IMG/VR virus record: IMGVR_UViG_3300020045_010614
Coordinates: 1-33,481 of that record
Length of the DNA stretch: 33,481 bases
Strand: one strand, 5' to 3'
Origin: a virus
Lineage: Duplodnaviria; Caudoviricetes
Positions 27,119 to 33,481 of the stretch are shown here, in pieces. Every line of letters starts with the position of its first letter. Positions within the stretch are counted from its first letter, which is position 1. Below the pieces are notes generated by a model that saw nothing but the letters and a program-made list of their open reading frames with translations, was not told the origin of the DNA and ran no database searches. Position numbers and translations under genes: made by a program.

Positions 27119-28039
27119 TTGTCACGAAAAAAAATCATAAAGAATTACTGGAACGATACTCATGAAGAATTATTAATTAATTACATAAATGCTAGTACCA
27201 AGGAAGAACGATCAAGAATTTATAGTGGTCTGCATAAGGTAATTATAAAGATGTGTGAGATTATCCTTAAAAGGTATTTCATGCATAAGCATTCTAATCT
27301 CATTAGAGATGAAATAAAGACACTAATTGATGATGCTGAGATTCATTTAATTGAATATAGTCTAATGTTATATAACCCTGAAAAGGGTAAAGGATATTCA
27401 TTTATAGGTACTTCAATAAGAAGACATTATCAAAACGTATTTTATCTTGTTAATGTTGATAAGAATAGAAATGAGAATCTATATAATGAAGAAGGTCATT
27501 TATTACATGATATACCAATCAATCAGGATGATGAACAACTTACAATAAATTATGATCAACTCTTAAATGCAGCTAAAATCCGTATTAGTGAAATATATGA
27601 ATCAATACAGTCTGATATTGATGATTATAATAAGAGAAAGAAATATAACTATCTAAAGAATAATACCATCAGATTAAGTATTATTGAGAATCTACTTATC
27701 TTCTTAAATGAAGAAAAGAATTTCAGTAAGTATTGGTTAACTTATTATCTGGTTAAGAAGACAGGATTAGATTCAAAAGTCATTTATCATTGTTTAAGAA
27801 AGTATGATTTAAGTGCTTTGATAGTAGCAAGCAATAACATTTTCATTAATTATTTTGATAATCTATATAGTGAACAGGATAAAACCATATATCCAACAAT
27901 TAAAGATTATTTATGTAATTTTAAAGATAATATACCTGAATCTAAAATTAAGATAAGAGACAGTAAATCAGTAAAAGAGAATAAGCGAACAAAAGAAATA
28001 ATAAGAAGAAATGAAATCAGAAAAGAAAAAACAGAATAA
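27119..28039 (+). CDS. Putative late sigma factor (T4 gp55-like region 2)
   Basis: 'NYW....EE....Y......ERSRIY......KMCEII..RY...LIDDA....I......YNPEKGKGYSFIGTSIRRHY' resembles sigma region 2 of gp55-type proteins. TTG start. Confidence 0.55.
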   Translation: MSRKKIIKNYWNDTHEELLINYINASTKEERSRIYSGLHKVIIKMCEIILKRYFMHKHSNLIRDEIKTLIDDAEIHLIEYSLMLYNPEKGKGYSFIGTSIRRHYQNVFYLVNVDKNRNENLYNEEGHLLHDIPINQDDEQLTINYDQLLNAAKIRISEIYESIQSDIDDYNKRKKYNYLKNNTIRLSIIENLLIFLNEEKNFSKYWLTYYLVKKTGLDSKVIYHCLRKYDLSALIVASNNIFINYFDNLYSEQDKTIYPTIKDYLCNFKDNIPESKIKIRDSKSVKENKRTKEIIRRNEIRKEKTE

Positions 28040-28116
28040 AAAAGGTATAAATAAAAAAATTAAAGTATTTATATCTGTTTGGAATGAATTATTTGACATT
28101 AAACCAATTAATAAAA

Positions 28117-28326
28117 ATGGAAGAAAAACAAGTGGAAAGTAAAACCTACACAGAAGAACAATTAGTCCAATTCGGATATTACCTGCTTTCTGAACAACGT
28201 ACCAGAATGATAAAGGATAACACTAAAGGGAATCATAAGTTGAAGATCGAAAGATTAAAACAGGTCTATGATGCAGACATCGCAAACTTTGAACACCTAT
28301 ATAAATTAGCAAAGGAAACAGTATGA
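28117..28326 (+). CDS. Hypothetical protein
   Basis: Likely start MEEKQ at 28117 (A-rich leader); 'LVQFGYYLLSEQR...VYDADIANF'. Confidence 0.55.
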   Translation: MEEKQVESKTYTEEQLVQFGYYLLSEQRTRMIKDNTKGNHKLKIERLKQVYDADIANFEHLYKLAKETV

Positions 28327-28694
28327 TAATACTTTGGAGTATTTTTGTGGCAGTTTTAGCATACGAAGTAGTATATTCTGATTTAGCATTATATGTTAAG
28401 AAAGCATTATATCTCGATAAATACTATCCCCAAATAGAATTGATTTCTTTTTGGAATTTTTATAAGAAGTTTTGTGGTAAGTATTTATATATATTATTTC
28501 CACTTGCAATACTGATTATGATATTAGCTAATACTCACCGTTTCCTTTATAAGCTGTTACAGTGTCCATACTGCCTTTCGATCTGGATAGGAGTAATGAC
28601 TGGATTAATAATATCATATCCAATACCATTATGTATTCTATTAGCATTTACAGGAAGTTTCATAACCTCAATATATGTAAAGCTACGTCAATAA
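28323..28694 (+). CDS. DUF1360-like membrane protein
   Basis: Several TM segments and 'LLQCPYCLSIWIG'. Confidence 0.6.
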   Translation: MIILWSIFVAVLAYEVVYSDLALYVKKALYLDKYYPQIELISFWNFYKKFCGKYLYILFPLAILIMILANTHRFLYKLLQCPYCLSIWIGVMTGLIISYPIPLCILLAFTGSFITSIYVKLRQ

Positions 28695-29306
28695 ATGAAT
28701 GTAAAGGAATTTGATGAATTTATTAAAAATAACTATCGGAAGTTATTAAACGATGCATTATCCATAACTCAGCATTATGACTATTCTACTGATATAGTAA
28801 ATGATACTTACATTAAGATCAGAAACAGGATAGAGTTATCAGGATTTACAGGTAACGTATACGGTTACTTCTGGATGTCAGTTTCCAATGAATGGCGAGT
28901 TCTTTGTAATCGTAAGAAGATACGAAAGTTTGTTGAACTGGATATTGAACAGGATAGCGAAGCGAACAGTCATGGTAATAATAACCATACCAGCAAGATT
29001 AAATATAATGATCGTGAACATGCTGAACAAGTATTACTTCAGAATGAGGAATGGGATAAGATAGAAGAAGAGTATTTCAATCGTATAATGTGGATATGCA
29101 ATCTGTTATATAACTGGATTGAAGTTAATTATGATGACAGGGAAGCGTATTTATTTAAAACTTATTTCAAGCATGGTGATACGTATGAAGAACTTAGTAT
29201 AAGAACAGGTATTGATAAACCAACAATAAGCAGAATAATCAAACCAATCAAAAGAAGATTAAGAGAAGAATTTCAAGATTACATTAATAAACAAATTAAA
29301 AGATGA
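28695..29306 (+). CDS. ECF-like sigma70-family factor
   Basis: Region 2-like 'YRKLL..A......DIVNDTYIKI...YGYFW' and region 4 HTH 'TYEELSIRTGIDKPTISRIIKPIKRRLR'. Confidence 0.7.
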   Translation: MNVKEFDEFIKNNYRKLLNDALSITQHYDYSTDIVNDTYIKIRNRIELSGFTGNVYGYFWMSVSNEWRVLCNRKKIRKFVELDIEQDSEANSHGNNNHTSKIKYNDREHAEQVLLQNEEWDKIEEEYFNRIMWICNLLYNWIEVNYDDREAYLFKTYFKHGDTYEELSIRTGIDKPTISRIIKPIKRRLREEFQDYINKQIKR

Positions 29307-29470
29307 GTATACAGGAAATAACCGAATTGCTCTCAAAAGGGTTTTTACCTAAAAATGTAAGTATTTATCGTCAACTGTATAAAGAAGCATTTAATAAAGA
29401 ACCAGCAAGTTGTTCATGTAATAATAATAAGATATATATGGACATTAAATTACATTATAAAATAAAATAA
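29303..29470 (+). CDS. Small CxC protein (55 aa, not in ORF track)
   Basis: MSIQE...LYKEAFNKEPASCSCNN...KIK*. ATGA overlap with the sigma gene. Confidence 0.55.
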   Translation: MSIQEITELLSKGFLPKNVSIYRQLYKEAFNKEPASCSCNNNKIYMDIKLHYKIK

Positions 29471-29475
29471 ATAAA

Positions 29476-29808
29476 ATGGGAAAAAAATTAACAGATGTGG
29501 AAAAAAAATTCATTAAAGATGTAGCAAAAGACAGCTACGATATGAAAATAAACGTTGAAGACATCAGAAAAGCATTTCAATTATTAACCGATGACGGTAT
29601 GGCAAACATTAAAACAATGAGACAAAAGATGTTTACTATCCATAATGACCCTGATTTACTGGAAGAAAAAATTTATGGTCAGTTACCAACACCTGAAAGA
29701 TTTCTGAAAAAACAAGCAGAATCAGAAGAAAAACCGAAAACAGAAGAAGTTATTAAAATTGATAAGCGTAGCAAAGAATACCGTGATTCATTGAAAAATA
29801 ATCAATAA
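29476..29808 (+). CDS. Hypothetical protein
   Basis: 110-aa charged ORF with C-terminal 'IDKRSKEYR'. Confidence 0.55.
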   Translation: MGKKLTDVEKKFIKDVAKDSYDMKINVEDIRKAFQLLTDDGMANIKTMRQKMFTIHNDPDLLEEKIYGQLPTPERFLKKQAESEEKPKTEEVIKIDKRSKEYRDSLKNNQ

Positions 29809-29835
29809 TTAATACGAATTTTTACGAATTTTATA

Positions 29836-30252
29836 ATGAAACCTAAACATTCAGCAGTTTTAATAAGAAGAAAGACGATCATGGATATGATGTTATCAGG
29901 TCATACTCATGCTGATTTGGTTAGTTATTATGTTACAAATTATTCAGCGTTAACGGAACATAGTCTTGAAAAGGATATTACTTGGGCATACGATAATCTA
30001 AAGTATTACATTAATAAGAATGCCGATGACGTTATTAACCGTCATATAATGTATTACGATCAGATAATAAGAGATTCAATTAATAGTCCATTTAAAGGTG
30101 ATGCTATTAAAGCAATGCAAGCAAAAGAAAAGTTATTAGGTCTTTCTAAACCAGAAACACAAGTAAATTTACAGGTTAATAATAATACAGTTCAGGTTGA
30201 ACATTTAAGTTTTGATGAACTACAAAAATTAATTAATAGTGAATCCGACTAA
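29836..30252 (+). CDS. Terminase small subunit
   Basis: N-terminal HTH-like region, 'AKEKLLGL', C-terminal 'LSFDELQKL'; overlaps the large subunit start. Confidence 0.7.
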   Translation: MKPKHSAVLIRRKTIMDMMLSGHTHADLVSYYVTNYSALTEHSLEKDITWAYDNLKYYINKNADDVINRHIMYYDQIIRDSINSPFKGDAIKAMQAKEKLLGLSKPETQVNLQVNNNTVQVEHLSFDELQKLINSESD

Positions 30253-31648
30253 ACAACAAATAATAATTGCAGCTAAACGTGAGTTATATAAACGCAGTTA
30301 TTATCATTTTTTTTTAGAATTCTGGTCTGAGACTTCACCTGAAACCTTTATTGACAACTGGCACGTAAAAGTTTTATGTGATGAATTACAAAAGGTAGCA
30401 TTCAAATTAAAAGACCGTAAACCTAAAGATTATGATCTGGTTATTAATATCCCACCAGCTACAAGCAAATCAACAATTTGTACCGTTTTATTCCCCGTAT
30501 ATTTGTGGACGGTTGACCCAACACTAAAAATTCTAACTGGATCAGTTGATAAAAGTTTAAGTTTACAACATGCAGTTAAATCGAGAACGGTTATTAATTC
30601 TCCACGTTTTAAAGAACTATATCCAGAAATAGTATTAAAGGAAGATCAGAATAATAAAGGTTCTTATGATAATACATTTAAAGGAAATAGAACAGCAACA
30701 TCTGTTGGTAGTTCAATAATTGGACACCATTTCCATTTAATTTTAATTGATGATGCAATAAAAGCAACGGCAACGGATAGTGAAATTCAAACAGCTAATG
30801 AATGGATGGATGTTTCTTTATCAACAAGAAAGATAAATAAAGAACTTACACCAACAATCCTAGTTATGCAGAGAATCCACATGAAAGACCCTGCTGCCAA
30901 TCTATTAATTAAACCTAATGTAAAACATTTATGTTTACCATCCGAACTAACACCAGATACAACTGATGAATATAAGAAGTATTACAAGAACGGTTTATTA
31001 GACCCAATAAGATTATCACGTTCTATATTAAATCAAACTAAATCAGAACTTGGAAGTACTTCATACTCAGGACAATATCTACAAAATCCAATACCACAAG
31101 AAGGTGGTATATTAAAGAAAGATTGGTTTATAATTAAGAGATATAATCCAGAGGATATTAAGAAAGTTAAATGGGATATGTTTGTTGATAGTGCATATAC
31201 TGATAAAACACAGAATGATCCTAGTGGTATTGTTATAGCAGGTGAATTTGAGAATTCATTATTAATCAGATATGCAGGTCAATACTGGTTAGAATTCCCT
31301 GATCTTCTTTTAAAATTAAATGAGTTAAGAAGTAGATATGGTACAATGAGATTGTTTGTTGAACCTAAAGCAACAGGAAAGTCGGTTGTACAGACTTTAA
31401 AGAAACAGGGAATTAATGCAATAGAACTTGATCCGACTACGGAAAGTAAAATAACAAGAGTAAATGCTATCTCTCCAATAGTTGAAGCAAAGAGAATTAT
31501 TTTAATAGAAGATACTTGGAATAATTTATTTGTTGATGAATGTATATCATTTCCTTTAGGAAAAAATGATGATATGTTAGATTGTATGACATACGCAATT
31601 AATAAATTGATTCAAAAAAAGACCCGTTTAAGTTACGCAAGCGGATAA
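30239..31648 (+). CDS. terL: Terminase large subunit
   Basis: 'NWHV', P-loop 'INIPPATSKS', Walker B 'LILIDD', 'VMQRIH..D', nuclease 'VDSAY...NDPS...KITR...DDMLD'. Confidence 0.92.
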   Translation: MNPTKQQIIIAAKRELYKRSYYHFFLEFWSETSPETFIDNWHVKVLCDELQKVAFKLKDRKPKDYDLVINIPPATSKSTICTVLFPVYLWTVDPTLKILTGSVDKSLSLQHAVKSRTVINSPRFKELYPEIVLKEDQNNKGSYDNTFKGNRTATSVGSSIIGHHFHLILIDDAIKATATDSEIQTANEWMDVSLSTRKINKELTPTILVMQRIHMKDPAANLLIKPNVKHLCLPSELTPDTTDEYKKYYKNGLLDPIRLSRSILNQTKSELGSTSYSGQYLQNPIPQEGGILKKDWFIIKRYNPEDIKKVKWDMFVDSAYTDKTQNDPSGIVIAGEFENSLLIRYAGQYWLEFPDLLLKLNELRSRYGTMRLFVEPKATGKSVVQTLKKQGINAIELDPTTESKITRVNAISPIVEAKRIILIEDTWNNLFVDECISFPLGKNDDMLDCMTYAINKLIQKKTRLSYASG

Positions 31649-31664
31649 TTAATTATAAAGAAAA
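31649..31664 (+). promoter_or_regulatory. Conserved 16-mer, putative late promoter (chaperone)
   Basis: Exact copy 11 nt before ATG 31676. Confidence 0.8.
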
Positions 31665-31675
31665 CCAGTTATATT

Positions 31676-32473
31676 ATGAGTACAATAATTAAAGTTAATG
31701 AAATAGAATATACTATTCCTACATCTTGGGATGATATTACAGTAGGACAACAGATTGAAATAAGTGAAGTAAGTGGAAGAGATGAATCTTTCCGTAATCT
31801 TCATCTTGTCACAACCTATACTGGTATTCCTCTTGATCTGGTCAAGAAAATGAATATCAATCAGTTTAAGTCGATATTGAAGTTAATGGAGTTTTTAAGT
31901 AAACCAATAAAGACAACGGTTATTAAAAACTTCAATCACAACGGTAAGACCTACCAGCTTGCAGATTCATTATTGAAAGGTGAGACACAGGATTTTCTTT
32001 CTATTGAAGGTATTTTAAAGAAGTTCAAGGACAATCAGACCAAAGCATTACCATACATAATAGCTATTGTATGCAAAAAGGAAGGAGAAACATTGGATAG
32101 TTTTGATGTGTGGGATAGAGGTGAAGAATTCAAAACCCTACCGTATTCGATAGCACATAATATCTGGTTTTTTTTTGTGCAGACAGAGAGAGCATTGTCA
32201 ATCAATATAAAACAATTTTTGGAGGTTCAGGACAAAGTTCTGGAAGCATCGCTAAGTTACAGCGAGAGTATTCTGAAAAAGTCGGATGGTCGGGGGTTAT
32301 TTTCGAGATTAGTCAAGGTTTACCTGATGTGGTACATTCGATATACAAGGAAAAACTTCAAGATTTTCTTGATTGGTATACCATACGAAACCTCAAACAA
32401 GAACTCGAATCCAGAATCCATGAAGAGCAAATTAAGCAATCTCGTCAAAAAAGTAAGAGATAAGTTTAAATAA
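31676..32473 (+). CDS. Tail assembly chaperone with probable -1 frameshift (alternative product ends 32463)
   Basis: 'IPTSWDDITVGQ' N-terminus. T9 run at 32168-32176 (W-F-F-F); the -1 frame stays open to TAA 32461-32463. Confidence 0.7.
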   Translation: MSTIIKVNEIEYTIPTSWDDITVGQQIEISEVSGRDESFRNLHLVTTYTGIPLDLVKKMNINQFKSILKLMEFLSKPIKTTVIKNFNHNGKTYQLADSLLKGETQDFLSIEGILKKFKDNQTKALPYIIAIVCKKEGETLDSFDVWDRGEEFKTLPYSIAHNIWFFFVQTERALSINIKQFLEVQDKVLEASLSYSESILKKSDGRGLFSRLVKVYLMWYIRYTRKNFKIFLIGIPYETSNKNSNPESMKSKLSNLVKKVRDKFK

Positions 32474-32954
32474 GTTTTTTTACTATACGGAATATAGTAG
32501 TATGTTTTACATTAAATCGTGAAGCTAATTCTCTATGGGTGTAATTACCAGTTGAATATAACATTCTAATTTCGTTTCTAATTTCATCGTTTAACTTATA
32601 TTTATGAAATCTTGGATGCTTATCAAGAGAATGTGATCTACGTCCTTTGTCATACATATCTTTAGTATTCTGAGAAAGAGTACCCCATTTAAGATTGGAT
32701 ACTATGTTGTTATGTCCGTTATCGTCTATATGCATAATAATAGGATAATTCATAGGATTAGGAATAAATGCTAAAGCTACTAAACGGTGAACCTTAAATC
32801 TTTTTATTACATTATTAATTGATAAATCAATCTGATAATATCCTTTTGTATTACGTGGTTTTAATATCCTACTAAATTTAACATTTTGTACCCTTCCGTG
32901 ATCGGAAACCTTATAATTTGGGTATCCTTCAATATCTTTCCAAATATCTTCCAT
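32466..32954 (-). CDS. NUMOD4-HNH homing endonuclease with C-terminal HTH
   Basis: 'WKDIEGYPNYKVSDHGRV' (NUMOD4); 'VHRLVALAFIPNP...MHIDDNGHNN.VSNLKW' (HNH); 'THRELASRFNV..TTIFRI' (HTH). Confidence 0.9.
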   Translation of the reverse strand: MEDIWKDIEGYPNYKVSDHGRVQNVKFSRILKPRNTKGYYQIDLSINNVIKRFKVHRLVALAFIPNPMNYPIIMHIDDNGHNNIVSNLKWGTLSQNTKDMYDKGRRSHSLDKHPRFHKYKLNDEIRNEIRMLYSTGNYTHRELASRFNVKHTTIFRIVKKLI

Positions 32955-32988
32955 AACACTATTATACGTATTTCTTTAAAAAAGGTTC

Positions 32989-33004
32989 TTAATTATAAAG
33001 AAAA
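32989..33004 (+). promoter_or_regulatory. Conserved 16-mer, putative late promoter
   Basis: Exact copy 11 nt before ATG 33016. Confidence 0.8.
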
Positions 33005-33015
33005 GAACAAAAATA

Positions 33016-33474
33016 ATGACATTAGAAGAAATAAAGAACATTTTTAATACAACATCTTTAAGTCATAAGGATATTAAAGAGTTCTATGTAGGTGATAGTT
33101 TTTCTGTTGCCGTAAGTCCTAAAACCAAGTATCCAATCGTGTTCTTGGAAATACCTTATAATATCGCATACGACAATAACCGTAGACTTAAATCCTATTC
33201 TTTTGCGATGATGGTCTTGTTTAAGGTTAAGCAGGATGATATTAATGATAGTCATAAAGCGATTAGTGCAGCAGAAGATATTGGAGATGCCATTCTTTCA
33301 AAGATTCAGAACGATAATAAATCCAGTTTAATAATAAGTGGTGTAAACGGATTGTCATTAGATCAATTCTCTGATGATTATTTAGCTGGTGTTCGTTTTG
33401 AACTTACCGTCAGCATAACCAGAGAGTACACATTACCTGTTTGCTATGCAGACAAATTCGATGCAAGTTGTTAA
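33016..33474 (+). CDS. Putative tail terminator protein
   Basis: 152 aa: 'HKDIKEFYVGD...YPIVFL...F.DDYLAGVRFELTV'. Position and pattern fit tail-completion proteins. Confidence 0.55.
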   Translation: MTLEEIKNIFNTTSLSHKDIKEFYVGDSFSVAVSPKTKYPIVFLEIPYNIAYDNNRRLKSYSFAMMVLFKVKQDDINDSHKAISAAEDIGDAILSKIQNDNKSSLIISGVNGLSLDQFSDDYLAGVRFELTVSITREYTLPVCYADKFDASC

Positions 33475-33481
33475 TCATGAA
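33361..33481. repeat. Terminal direct repeat (right copy)
   Basis: Identical to 1-121. Confidence 0.97.

Noticed and set aside
4891-33004. 16-mer as CRISPR repeat or att site
   Set aside because: Copies are dispersed with no spacer periodicity, always precede start codons, and no cas or integrase gene is present.
33058-33255. Minus-strand 65-aa ORF
   Set aside because: Antisense to the promoter-preceded 33016 gene.
1-33481. Stop-codon reassignment, introns/inteins, tRNAs
   Set aside because: Genes tile densely under the standard code, TerL, portal and capsid are uninterrupted and of normal size, and I saw no cloverleaf in the short intergenic gaps.

Overview
A complete, circularly permuted genome of a tailed dsDNA phage. 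Bases 1-121 are identical to 33361-33481, so the unit length is 33,360 bp. It is AT-rich and probably infects a Bacteroidota host, judging by a TTG-N19-TAACTTTG host-type promoter, A-rich translation starts without Shine-Dalgarno sites and a DUF4373 protein. The + strand carries the virion module (tail proteins, tape measure, XkdF-type protease/scaffold, capsid, tube, fibres, portal, adaptor), a lysis module, two sigma-factor-like genes, terminase and a tail chaperone. A minus-strand early block (22325-26884) holds two replication-initiator-like genes and a degenerate RNase H. I saw no integrase, polymerase, tRNA, CRISPR array or reverse transcriptase. Most notable: (1) an exact 16-mer TTAATTATAAAGAAAA before eight late genes, together with a gp55-like sigma and an ECF-like sigma; (2) a [ST]-G-x-T tetrapeptide strongly enriched in exterior virion proteins but absent from tape measure, portal and terminase, a possible modification sequon; (3) three tail-tube paralogues, one fused to a ~1,200-aa FN3/beta-propeller adhesin; (4) a T9 frameshift site followed by ~95 codons open in two frames; (5) a candidate small RNA whose loop is antisense to the start codons of two early genes. 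All assignments come from reading motifs by eye; no searches were run.
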